From positions 19,970 through 83,969 of the forward strand of contig JBMDXA010000091.1 of NCBI GenBank assembly GCA_048594725.1: 64,000 bases of DNA, given 5' to 3'. The notes beneath the pieces are model-generated. The model did no database searches and was not told the DNA's origin. It saw only the letters and a program-made list of their open reading frames with translations. Shown piece by piece: positions 56,319 through 64,000 of the stretch. How positions within the stretch are numbered: the first letter of the stretch is position 1; each line of letters begins with the position of its first letter. The stretch is from Candidatus Kapaibacteriota bacterium. Its GTDB lineage: Bacteria; Bacteroidota; Ignavibacteria; OLB7. Both the position numbers and the translations under genes were made by a program.

Positions 56319-56816
56319 TTAGTTCCCGTTTTCCTGGGTCGCGGCCGCCATGGAGACATCTTCCTGCCAGATCTCGTGGTTCGGGTTGAAGCAGTCGAAG
56401 CAGGAGACATGAAGATCCGCACCGATAGCCGCCAGCTTGGTGAGCGTTTCGCTCTTGAAGCAGACGTTCATCAGGCCGAGGAAGGAGGTAAGCGTATAGT
56501 TGAAGTAGATCTTCTCCACACCGTTCTCCCGCAGGGCATCCACATGGGGAGCGATGGCGTCGGCAAGGCAGTTCAGCTGGTGATCGCGGCACTCGGTGAC
56601 GTCGTCCTGCGACGAAACCTCATGGGTCCAGAAGCCCTTTTCATAGACTGCGTCGCTGCTGCCGTTACGGCGGGGATCGCCGGTACGGGCCGACTTGAGA
56701 GGCTGAAGTTCGAGAAGGGCCGTGATCCCATCGGGATTGATGTTCTGGCCGATCATATTGACTTCGACGGAGAAATCATTGGTAAGTGTGTCGCGCGTTG
56801 CTCGCATAAGCATCAC
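56319..56816 (-). CDS. DUF4279-family protein
   Basis: ...DFSVEVNMIGQNINPDGITALLELQPLKSARTGDPRRNG...KLAAIGADLHVSCFDCF... matches my recollection of the DUF4279 pattern (F.I.g..ldPdeIT..Lgi.Pt...kGDp...G...lgadldfDiY). The overlapping antisense track ORF 56376..57023(+) is less protein-like. Confidence 0.55.
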   Translation of the reverse strand: MMLMRATRDTLTNDFSVEVNMIGQNINPDGITALLELQPLKSARTGDPRRNGSSDAVYEKGFWTHEVSSQDDVTECRDHQLNCLADAIAPHVDALRENGVEKIYFNYTLTSFLGLMNVCFKSETLTKLAAIGADLHVSCFDCFNPNHEIWQEDVSMAAATQENGN

Positions 56817-57019
56817 CAGGTTATATATGGAGAGGAGACTATGGCTACGATCCAGACAGATTCATGGAGTCCGTTATCATCACGCGGAATAGAGGACGCG
56901 CGAGATCGGAACGAAATTGGAACTCGCAGGGAAAATGTCTCCCGGAAGTTCTATCACAGGGGCCGTAAGTCCTGTGGCGGAAGGCCGGCGTCACCGCCGG
57001 ATGGCAGCAAGTATACGGG

Positions 57020-57745
57020 ATGAGAGACAATTATATCACGATGAATATCAATTATAGTACCGTCGTCGATCTTACACACACGCTGCGCCCGGGGCTTCCC
57101 TGCTGGCCCGGCGATCCGCTGGTGGAGCTGAACGCCGTGGCAACCGTTCCGGGAGAGGGCTATCATCTGCAACGGATCACCCTGGGGGAGCATAGCGGCA
57201 CCCATATCGGCGTAGCCTCCCATTTCCATCCTGGGGACACCACTGCCGAGCGGCTCGATCCCCGCCAGCTCATCCTGCCTGCTGTCGTGGTCGATATCTC
57301 CTCCTCTGCCGCGGCCGATAACGACTATGCGCTCGGTGTGGCCGATCTGCGCCTCTGGGAGGGGCGCCATGGCACGTTCCCGGCGGGAGGGGCCGTTCTG
57401 CTGCATACCGGGTGGGACCGCCACTGGAACGATCCGGCGGCCTATTTCGGCGGGGGGCTCACAGGGGGGGCCATGCACACGCCCGGATTCGGTCTGGAGG
57501 CCGCTCGTTTTCTGGCCGAGGAGCGGGGCATAACGGGATTGGGGATCGATACGCACGGTATCGACCCAGGTTCCGATACGGCCTTTTCGGTGAACGATTT
57601 CTGGCTTCGCGGGGAGCGGTTCCATCTGGAGAACCTCGCCAATCTGGGGAGGCTGCCGCCGGCTGGGATCACGCTCTTCATCGGGGCGCTGAGCATTGCC
57701 GGAGGGAGCGGTGCCCCCGCGCGGGTGCTGGCGCTGGCGGAATGA
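57020..57745 (+). CDS. Cyclase-family protein (kynurenine formamidase-like metal-dependent hydrolase)
   Basis: ...VVDLTHTLRPGLPCWPGDP...HSGTHIGVASHFHPG... (HxGTHxDxPxH-type cyclase motif). 241 aa; an alternative ATG lies at 57041. Confidence 0.8.
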   Translation: MRDNYITMNINYSTVVDLTHTLRPGLPCWPGDPLVELNAVATVPGEGYHLQRITLGEHSGTHIGVASHFHPGDTTAERLDPRQLILPAVVVDISSSAAADNDYALGVADLRLWEGRHGTFPAGGAVLLHTGWDRHWNDPAAYFGGGLTGGAMHTPGFGLEAARFLAEERGITGLGIDTHGIDPGSDTAFSVNDFWLRGERFHLENLANLGRLPPAGITLFIGALSIAGGSGAPARVLALAE

Positions 57746-57953
57746 CGGTACAACGGGGCGAGGGGGGGGGATGCTTCGCGATGGAGCGCGGCCAATTTCG
57801 CAGCTTGCCGGCTGCGGTGCAACGGGAATCTTGCGGTGCCGTGGCGCACGCCGGTGGGGAGTGTGGCGTAGGGCCGTTCCCTGAAACGACAAAGGCGGCA
57901 TATCGGTAGGGATATGCCGCCTTCGGATCAAACGGGCCGGTAGGCCGCCGTGC

Positions 57954-58412
57954 TTACTGGTTGTCGCCGTCCTTGTTGACGACGAACACCTTCATCGTGG
58001 CGGTCACGTTGGTGTGCAGCTTGATGGGCACATCGTACATGCCGAGGTGCCTGATCGGATCTTCCAGCAGGATGCTGCGGCGATCCAGCTCATGTCCCTG
58101 GCGCGAGAGCTCCTCGGCGATCATCTGCGAGGTGACCGAACCGAAGAGGCGGTCTTCCTCGCCGACGCGCATCGGAATGGTGATCGAGACCGACTCGAGG
58201 CGCTCGGCGACGCTGCGGGCTTCCGCCTCAAGGCGGTCCTGCTGCGCCTGATAGCGCTTCTTCTCGGTTTCGATGGCGCGCGTGGCACCCGGCGTAGCGC
58301 GATAGGCGATCTGGCGCGGAATCAGGAAGTTGCGTGCGTAGCCATCCTTGACTTCCACAACCTCGCCGATATTCCCCAGATTTTCGTAGTTCTGGCGAAG
58401 GATTACTTTCAT
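57954..58412 (-). CDS. rplI: 50S ribosomal protein L9
   Basis: MKVILRQNYENLGNIGEVVEVKDGYARNFLIPRQIAYRATPG... is the canonical L9. Confidence 0.95.
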   Translation of the reverse strand: MKVILRQNYENLGNIGEVVEVKDGYARNFLIPRQIAYRATPGATRAIETEKKRYQAQQDRLEAEARSVAERLESVSITIPMRVGEEDRLFGSVTSQMIAEELSRQGHELDRRSILLEDPIRHLGMYDVPIKLHTNVTATMKVFVVNKDGDNQ

Positions 58413-58539
58413 TTGGAGTTTCTCTATGCTGATATCGTTGTACTAGAATTCTGCTGTTGCTCATAGAGCGCCGGGGGCACTACTCCGTCATGCGGATCGG
58501 CCCTGGGGCCGCCGCGCCAACAGGCGGCGGAGCCCTTTC

Positions 58540-59076
58540 TCAGCGCGCTACATCGGAGCGTTGAAACGAGGCCTTCTCCTCGGAGAAGAACGTATCGAAC
58601 GAATCTTCAGAGCCATTCCGATTGGCCGAACCGATTGCGGTAAAGGAGGAGTCGTCATCGCACTCGAAGATCGAGAACTCGTCATCACGATCCTCCACCA
58701 CACTGGCGTCATCGTTGACATCGGAAACACGACGCTTGTTCAGGAACTGGATACGGCGCGCTTTGATCTCGACGGTGGAGCGGGTCTGCCCATCATCGGT
58801 CTGCCACGTACGGCTCTGGAGTTCACCTTCCACAAGCACGGCACTTCCCTTACGGAGTTTGTCCACACAGCTCTCGGCCAGGCGATTCCAGGCCACCACA
58901 CCAACATAACAGACATCCTCCTGCCACTGGTTATCTCCATCGCGGAACTTGCGGTTCGAGGCGATCGAGAAGTTCGCCACCGGCGTACCGTTGCGGGTCT
59001 GCCGGATGACGGGGTCCTTGGTAAGATTCCCCGCGATAAGCACGGAGTTCAACTCAGGCATTTTCAATTCGGCCAT
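58540..59076 (-). CDS. ssb: Single-stranded DNA-binding protein (SSB-family OB fold) with an atypical acidic C-terminal tail
   Basis: OB fold (...LNSVLIAGNLTKDPVIRQTRNGTPVANFSIASNRKFRDGDNQWQEDVCYVGVVAWNRLAE...LVEGELQSRTWQTDDGQTRSTVEIKARRIQFL). The tail is acidic (DDEFSIFECDDD...) but ends ...FQRSDVAR rather than the canonical DDDIPF. Confidence 0.8.
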   Translation of the reverse strand: MAELKMPELNSVLIAGNLTKDPVIRQTRNGTPVANFSIASNRKFRDGDNQWQEDVCYVGVVAWNRLAESCVDKLRKGSAVLVEGELQSRTWQTDDGQTRSTVEIKARRIQFLNKRRVSDVNDDASVVEDRDDEFSIFECDDDSSFTAIGSANRNGSEDSFDTFFSEEKASFQRSDVAR

Positions 59077-59175
59077 ACGTATTCTCCTGACACTGAAGGT
59101 CGTTCTTTCTTCATCGTTTCAACTGCAAGGGGACGGCGTGCCCCATGCTGCGGAGCACGCCGGAAAATAAGAATC

Positions 59176-59586
59176 TTATTCTTTTTCTTTGGTTTCGGCG
59201 TTTGCTTCGCCCTCTTCTCCGGAACCCTTGGCTGCATTCTCATCGGCCTCGGCTTCGGCCAGCATCTTCTGCCGTACTTCCTCGCGGCCCGTCAGATCCT
59301 TGTCATCGAGCTGGAGCGTCAGATGGCGGATGACATGCTCCTCCAGCTGGTAGAAACGGTCCAGCAGCGGGAGCATTTCGGCACCGGCATCAACCTGGAA
59401 CTGGACATAATATCCGTTGTTCTTCTTGTTGATGGCATAGGCAAGGCGGCGCCGGCCCCAGTGATCGGCCTTCTTGATGGTGCCGCCGTTGCGCGTGATA
59501 AATTCGGTCGTGCGGGTCACGACCTGGTTGATGCTGTCCTCTTCGAGAGCGCCATTGATAATGATGGTCGTCTCGTAGTGTCGCAT
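59176..59586 (-). CDS. rpsF: 30S ribosomal protein S6
   Basis: Internal ATG MRHYETTIIINGALEED... (S6 N-terminus; compare E. coli MRHYEIVFMV) of track ORF 59176..59709. An acidic C-terminal tail is present. An alternative start MNSMRHYE lies at 59595, with GGAGA 10 nt upstream. Confidence 0.9.
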   Translation of the reverse strand: MRHYETTIIINGALEEDSINQVVTRTTEFITRNGGTIKKADHWGRRRLAYAINKKNNGYYVQFQVDAGAEMLPLLDRFYQLEEHVIRHLTLQLDDKDLTGREEVRQKMLAEAEADENAAKGSGEEGEANAETKEKE

Positions 59587-59822
59587 GCTGTTCATCAGGT
59601 GATAGTCTCCTATGGTTAACGTCAATGAGATTCTTACGCTAGCCCGCCATCGCTGTGGCGAGCAGGAGTCACGTCGATCATGATCGAGGGGAGCGCAGGC
59701 CGGTTTCAACCCGCTCCCCGCTCAATGCCATCGGCTCTTTTCTTCGCTCGTGGACTCGTATATATGGAATTTTTCGGTGCTCTCCGATGATTTACTTCGG
59801 CACGAGCCTTCAATCAGCGGAA

Positions 59823-60461
59823 CTACGGCTCTTTCTGCTGCCGGTGAGTCGGCCCCGGAGGTGGTTCCTCCCGGCGACGTTCGTTCGCGGGCTCCTGTGC
59901 CAGGCGGCTGGCTTCTTTCATGGCCGCCTCGGTATCCCCGGCGATCCAGGCCAGAACGGTATCGCGCGCATCGGCCACCATCTTCTCGACGGTCTTCTCC
60001 TGCTCCTTCGGAAACCGTCCCAGCACATACTCCACCATCTCTCCCGGCCCGAAATCGCGCCCCACACCGCAGCGAAGGCGGGGAAATTCGATGGAATCGA
60101 GATGGTAGATCAGCGATTCGGTACCATTATGCCCTCCTGAGGAGCCGGCTGGCTTCACCTGGATGCGGCCTACCGGAAACTGTATCTCATCGACGATCGC
60201 CAGCATGCCGGCCGGTCCCACGCCGTAGCGTTCCAGCACCTGCCGTGCGGCGATGCCGCTGTTGTTCATGTAGGTGGTGGGCTTCACCAGCACCGCCGCA
60301 TGACCACTCCACTCCAGGCGCGCCTCGTAATAGTCCCCCTTGCCCGGACGGAACTCCGCAGCCAGCCGCGATGCCACCGCATCGGCCACGATCCATCCGA
60401 TATTATGGCGGGTCTCGGCGTAGCGATCGCCGGGATTGCCGAGGGCGAGTACAACCTTCAT
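59823..60461 (-). CDS. pth: Peptidyl-tRNA hydrolase
   Basis: MKVVLALGNPGDRYAETRHNIGWIVAD... is the canonical Pth N-terminus. It carries a Pro/Glu-rich C-terminal extension. Confidence 0.9.
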   Translation of the reverse strand: MKVVLALGNPGDRYAETRHNIGWIVADAVASRLAAEFRPGKGDYYEARLEWSGHAAVLVKPTTYMNNSGIAARQVLERYGVGPAGMLAIVDEIQFPVGRIQVKPAGSSGGHNGTESLIYHLDSIEFPRLRCGVGRDFGPGEMVEYVLGRFPKEQEKTVEKMVADARDTVLAWIAGDTEAAMKEASRLAQEPANERRREEPPPGPTHRQQKEP

Positions 60462-60529
60462 AGGATAACAACGGTATCAAGAGCAAGGAGCCGTGACGCA
60501 CGGGGCGGCACGGCTCCTTCTCATGGAAA

Positions 60530-61141
60530 TTACGCTTCGGACTTCCCCTTGCCGATCACTTCCGGCTCGGTGGCGGCGGCGTCATCATCGCTGCCGGTAC
60601 GCGGCGCGCTGATCGTGAACACGCTCTGCTCGCCCGGGGTGATGATGGTAAGGTTCGGAACGTTCAGATCGCTGACGTGGAACGAGTGGTTGATATCCAT
60701 GTCGGTGATATCGATCTCGATATGCTCCGGCAGGTCGCCCGGCAGGCTTTCCACCTCGATCTTGTGCAGCGACATATCCAGCACGCCGCCGTTGCGCTGG
60801 CCGATGGACTGGCCGACGAGGGTGACCGGGATTTCGACGCGGATCTTCTCGTTTGCGGAGACTCCCTGGAGATCGAAATGGGTAGGACGGTCGGTGATGG
60901 GATCGAAGACGATATCCTTCAGCACGCAGCTTTTCTCGGTGCCGTCATCGAGACGGAGCCGGACGAGGTGCGACTCGGTAGTATAGATCAGCGGGCGGAG
61001 TGCGAGTTCATGCACTGCCACTGCGATCGGCTCTTCGCCATGGAAATAATAGATGCCGGGGACGACACTCTGGCGGCGCATTTCGCGCGCCGTGCTACGG
61101 CCGGGCGTACGCCGCTGGGCCTCAAGAAGAATTTCGCTCAT
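60530..61141 (-). CDS. rplY: 50S ribosomal protein L25 / general stress protein Ctc
   Basis: ...LEAQRRTPGRSTAREMRRQSVVPGIYY... L25 N-domain plus a Ctc-type C-terminal beta domain. 203 aa. Confidence 0.9.
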   Translation of the reverse strand: MSEILLEAQRRTPGRSTAREMRRQSVVPGIYYFHGEEPIAVAVHELALRPLIYTTESHLVRLRLDDGTEKSCVLKDIVFDPITDRPTHFDLQGVSANEKIRVEIPVTLVGQSIGQRNGGVLDMSLHKIEVESLPGDLPEHIEIDITDMDINHSFHVSDLNVPNLTIITPGEQSVFTISAPRTGSDDDAAATEPEVIGKGKSEA

Positions 61142-61274
61142 GCTTCGGTTCCTTTATGAACAAGTACGTGATTAACAAGCGAGGTATGTGTAAGAACGCA
61201 GCGCCATACGGGAGCCCCGGCGGATGCCGCAACTGCCATATCGCGCGGGGCACCATGGATGGTCCCGGTGCCGG

Positions 61275-62207
61275 CTAGTCGGTATCGAAGAGTTTCGAGA
61301 TCGACTGATTGCCATGAATGCGCATAATGGCCTCGGCAAACAGTTTCGCAACCGACTTCACCACGATCTTGGGCGACTGGCGCTTCAGGGGGAGCGTATC
61401 GGTAACGATAAGCTGCTCCAGAGGCGAGTTTTCCAGAAGCTCGTACGCCTGCCCGCTCAGTACCGGGTGTGTACAGGCGCCGTACACTTTCTCAGCTCCA
61501 TTGTCTTTCAGCGCCTTCACCGCATTGGTGAAGGTGCCGCCGGTATCGATGAGATCATCGATCACCAGAATACTGCGTCCCTGTGCTTCGCCCACGATGT
61601 TCATGATTTCGGCCACATTCGGGCGGGGACGGCGTTTGTCGATGAAGATCAGCCCGGCGCCGAGGCGCTTGGCGTAGGCGCGGGCCAGCTTCAGCCCTCC
61701 TACATCCGGCGAGGCGATCGTCAGGTTCGGAAGATCGAGCTTCCGGAAATGTCGTGTCAGGACCGGCGAAGAGTAGAGGTGATCGAACGGGATATCGAAG
61801 AATCCCTGGATCTGCGGTGCATGCAGGTCCATCGTGATCACACGGTCGGCGCCGGCCTCCGTAATCAGATTTGCCACCAGCTTGGCCGTAATCGCCACGC
61901 GAGGCTGTTCCTTGCGATCCTGGCGGGCATACCCGAAGTAGGGGATCACCGCCGTGATACGCTTGGCCGAGGCTCTGCGGGCGGCATCGATCAGCATCAG
62001 CAGCTCGAACAGGTTCTCGGCCGGAGGAGGGGTCGACTGCACGATGAACACATCCTCGCCACGGATGTTCTCATCGTATTTAACCCAGATCTCCCCATCG
62101 GAGAAATTTCTGATGTGAACCTTAGCCAGCTCGGTACCGGCGGCTTTGGCTACCTTCGCGGCAAATTCCGGGTTCGACCGCCCGGTCACAATCTTGAACT
62201 TGGACAT
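61275..62207 (-). CDS. prs: Ribose-phosphate pyrophosphokinase
   Basis: MSKFKIVTGRSNPEFAAKVAKAAG...VFIVQSTPPPAENLFELLMLIDAARRASAKRITAVIPYFGYARQDRK...DLHAPQIQGFFDIPFDHL... Confidence 0.95.
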   Translation of the reverse strand: MSKFKIVTGRSNPEFAAKVAKAAGTELAKVHIRNFSDGEIWVKYDENIRGEDVFIVQSTPPPAENLFELLMLIDAARRASAKRITAVIPYFGYARQDRKEQPRVAITAKLVANLITEAGADRVITMDLHAPQIQGFFDIPFDHLYSSPVLTRHFRKLDLPNLTIASPDVGGLKLARAYAKRLGAGLIFIDKRRPRPNVAEIMNIVGEAQGRSILVIDDLIDTGGTFTNAVKALKDNGAEKVYGACTHPVLSGQAYELLENSPLEQLIVTDTLPLKRQSPKIVVKSVAKLFAEAIMRIHGNQSISKLFDTD

Positions 62208-62399
62208 TGCTTTCGGCTGTGTTGCCTTGCGTTCGCTCGGGAGAGAGAGAGAATCCGAGAGTTGGCCCGGGATATCGGTTCCGGGGCGCCGGGCATGATT
62301 GCGGTACGGGAGTTCCGGCCGGATCTTCTCCGTACCCCTCCCCCACCGTTCAGCCGATGCCTCCTGCCTCTGCGCGCGGGCCCATCATTCTTCAGATCA

Positions 62400-62438
62400 T
62401 AAATCGAATGCCGCTCGCTCTTATCGGGCTAGCGGCAT
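62400..62438 (-). terminator. Hairpin (AUGCCGCU...AGCGGCAU) just 3' of tRNA-Gln on the minus strand; possible terminator
   Basis: The plus strand reads atgccgctcgctcttatcgggctagcggcat. On the minus strand it is followed by UCGAUUUAUGAUCUG. Confidence 0.35.
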
Positions 62439-62446
62439 TCTGCCGG

Positions 62447-62518
62447 TTGAGGCGGTAGGATTCGAACCTACGGTACGCGGCTCCAAAGGCCGCTGCCTTA
62501 CCGCTTGGCTACGCCTCA
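62447..62518 (-). tRNA. tRNA-Gln (anticodon TTG)
   Basis: The minus-strand sequence TGAGGCG-TA-GCC-AAGCGGTAAG-GCA-GCGGC-CTTTGGA-GCCGC-GTACC-GTAGG-TTCGAAT-CCTAC-CGCCTCA-A folds as a cloverleaf. It has a 7-bp acceptor stem, a GTTCGAATC T-loop and the anticodon loop C-T-TTG-G-A. It is colinear with E. coli tRNA-Gln(UUG) and is followed by CC. Confidence 0.85.
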
Positions 62519-62559
62519 GTCACAGATGGTTATGGGCGTCGGCGCGTGCAAAGGAATAA

Positions 62560-62589
62560 CAAATATAACTCGGGGGGATGGACCCGCAA
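62560..62589 (-). promoter_or_regulatory. Bacteroidetes-type sigma-A promoter for tRNA-Gln: -33 TTG, 19-nt spacer, -7 TATATTTG
   Basis: The minus strand reads cacttTTGcgggtccatccccccgagtTATATTTGttattcc..., matching the TTG-N19-TAnnTTTG consensus. The motif ends about 40 nt upstream of the mature tRNA 5' end. Confidence 0.45.
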
Positions 62590-62836
62590 AAGTGAATAGA
62601 TGTAGGGTCGTGGCTCAGGTTGCCGAATTGTGACTCCGGAGGGAGCCCCGGACGGGGCCGGGAGACGCCGGGCGGGGGGACGGGACCCAGGCTGAATCCC
62701 TGCCGGATGGAGAAAAAAAAGAGGACGGGATGCCCGGCGCCGCGCGTGCGGTTGCTGCGCCGTGGATCCCGTCCTCAACAACCGAGGCATAGCGGATTCC
62801 AGAAACGATAGACGTCCCTTGCCCAATTAGGGACGT

Positions 62837-63058
62837 CTACTCCCTCGGTATGAGACGTGACGTGAGACGAGTCGTGAGAACAAAAAAGAGTGCCGCGATA
62901 AGGATCGAAACCAGAAGAGAGGTAGCTATCGGAGCGTGGATCGTGGTATCGTTCCACCGGGTAGTGATATCTCCCGGCAGCGAACCCTGTGCGGTGCGGA
63001 CCGCAATCATCAGCAGAACGAAGATGCTCCCCAGCAGAGCCGATGCTTTCTTCATCAT
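62837..63058 (-). CDS. Possible small two-TM membrane protein (73 aa)
   Basis: Internal ATG (MMKKASALLGSIFVLLMIAVRTAQG...TSLLVSILIAALFFVLTTRL...) of track ORF 62837..63298, preceded by a strong SD (AAGGAGGAGatcATG). Coding status is uncertain. Confidence 0.35.
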   Translation of the reverse strand: MMKKASALLGSIFVLLMIAVRTAQGSLPGDITTRWNDTTIHAPIATSLLVSILIAALFFVLTTRLTSRLIPRE

Positions 63059-63342
63059 GATCTCCTCCTTCACATCTTGGTGGCCCCGGACCAATGCGGG
63101 CCATATAGTATTGGAGTATTCGATAGGTTCCGTATCAGCTACGGAGGCTTGCAGAGAGGATAACGGAACACGAGGGAGAATGGTTAGCGGGGTGCGGAGT
63201 TGTGAGAACATTTCGCAACATTTGCCCCGGGCACCTCGTAACAGGATGCCTTGCAATCGAAACGCCCGGGAGCATCTGCCCCTACCGGAGCAGAGCATCC
63301 CCCCCGCAGCAGCGGGGCCTCCCGGATCATCAACACGCAGCT

Positions 63343-64000
63343 ATGATCATCGCAGAACATCTCCATAAACGCTTCGCGAGCGTCCATGCGGTCAACGACG
63401 TCTCGCTGGAGATCAGAGATGGAGAGATCTTCGGGATGCTGGGACCGAACGGTGCCGGCAAATCCACTACCATCCGGATGTTCAACAACATCATCCGCCC
63501 GGACAGCGGGAGCATCACCTACGACGGCGATCCGTTCAACGACCGGGTGCGCAACGCCATCGGCTATCTGCCGGAGGAGCGCGGCCTCTACCAGAAGGCG
63601 CAGATCCTGGAAACGATCGTCTATTTCGCCCGGCTGAAGGGGATGGATGAACGCTCGGCGAAAAAAAGGGGAACCGAATGGCTCCGCCGGTTCGATCTGG
63701 CCGGCAGCGAGCGCCGGAAGGTGGAGGAGCTTTCCAAGGGAAACCAGCAGAAGGTGCAGATCATCAACGCGCTGATCCACGAGCCCCGCTATGTGATCTT
63801 TGACGAGCCCGCCTCCGGGCTTGATCCGGTGAACCAGGAGCTGCTCCGCGAGATCGTCGACGAGCTCCGCTCGGAGAGGCGTTCGATCCTCTACTCCACC
63901 CACCAGATGGAGCGGGCCGAACGGCTCTGCAACAGAATCGCCCTGGTGAACAAGGGGCAGGTGGTGCTGGCCGGGGCGGTGGAGGAGGTGCGCGCGCGCC
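63343..64000 (+). CDS. ABC transporter ATP-binding protein (N-terminal ~219 aa; continues beyond the window end)
   Basis: MIIAEHLHKRFASVHAVNDVSLEIRDGEIFGMLGPNGAGKSTTIRM... (Walker A GPNGAGKST), ...LSKGNQQKVQIINALIHEPRYVIFDEPASGLD... (ABC signature LSGG-like plus Walker B). It is absent from the track because there is no in-window stop. Confidence 0.9.
   Translation, partial: MIIAEHLHKRFASVHAVNDVSLEIRDGEIFGMLGPNGAGKSTTIRMFNNIIRPDSGSITYDGDPFNDRVRNAIGYLPEERGLYQKAQILETIVYFARLKGMDERSAKKRGTEWLRRFDLAGSERRKVEELSKGNQQKVQIINALIHEPRYVIFDEPASGLDPVNQELLREIVDELRSERRSILYSTHQMERAERLCNRIALVNKGQVVLAGAVEEVRAR

Noticed and set aside
59586-59709. Longer S6 start (track ORF to 59709, MKPACAPLDHDRRDSCSPQRWRASVRISLTLTIGDYHLMNS-)
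   Set aside because: S6 proteins begin MRHYE. The upstream 41 codons are Arg/Cys/Pro-rich and unlike ribosomal protein sequence. The internal ATG at 59586 (or 59595) was preferred.

Overview
This is a 64-kb, visibly GC-rich chromosomal segment, most likely from a Bacteroidota/Rhodothermota-like (FCB-group) bacterium. I judge the lineage from sequence alone:

- Two proteins end in a type-IX-secretion (T9SS) C-terminal sorting domain.
- Most genes lack a Shine-Dalgarno sequence.
- A tRNA-Gln carries a canonical Bacteroidetes sigma-A promoter (TTG-N19-TATATTTG).

Content, left to right:

- Two tandem paralogous giant secreted metzincin proteases with beta-propeller repeats. One of them runs off the left edge of the window.
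- An AEC-family transporter and two tandem FkpA-type peptidyl-prolyl isomerases.
- A DUF3293 protein and a TraB/GumN-HEAT protein of about 1060 aa.
- An unusual protein made of five tandem Myb/SANT-like helix-turn-helix (HTH) repeats, followed by a CHAD-domain protein.
- A periplasmic redox trio: redoxin, DsbD-N-like protein and YceI.
- A long co-directional minus-strand cluster: a large membrane-anchored Gln/Met/Glu/Lys-rich coiled-coil protein, an ECF sigma factor, an anti-sigma factor, a lipoprotein, a T9SS cargo protein and an RND efflux pair (periplasmic adaptor plus AcrB-type permease).
- Prolyl oligopeptidase, gcvT, a YbbR/CdaR-like protein, an XRE-cupin regulator and a MoeZ-type ThiF/rhodanese.
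- A methionine operon (metB-family enzyme, metX, ACT-less hom) preceded by a SAM-I riboswitch that I read directly from the sequence.
- A MarR-DUF1398 pair with a perfect operator palindrome, an RmlC-like cupin, an acyl-CoA dehydrogenase, a sigma factor, an aldehyde dehydrogenase and a cyclase.
- The housekeeping cluster prs-ctc-pth-rpsF-ssb-rplI, with no rpsR.
- tRNA-Gln(TTG) and a partial ABC ATPase at the right edge.

The most unexplained sequence is a dispersed AT-rich tandem repeat family. Its unit is roughly GGAATTTTCGATTTTCGATTTTGGATTTTCGATTGGGGGAAGGGGGAGG. Copies lie in both orientations at about 52.6, 55.75 and 56.1 kb, immediately 5' of minus-strand gene starts.

Many long ORFs in the supplied track are antisense or wrong-frame artefacts of the GC-rich coding sequence and are not annotated. 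Coordinates I read from the sequence rather than from the ORF track (hairpins, repeats, riboswitch) may be off by 1-2 nt.
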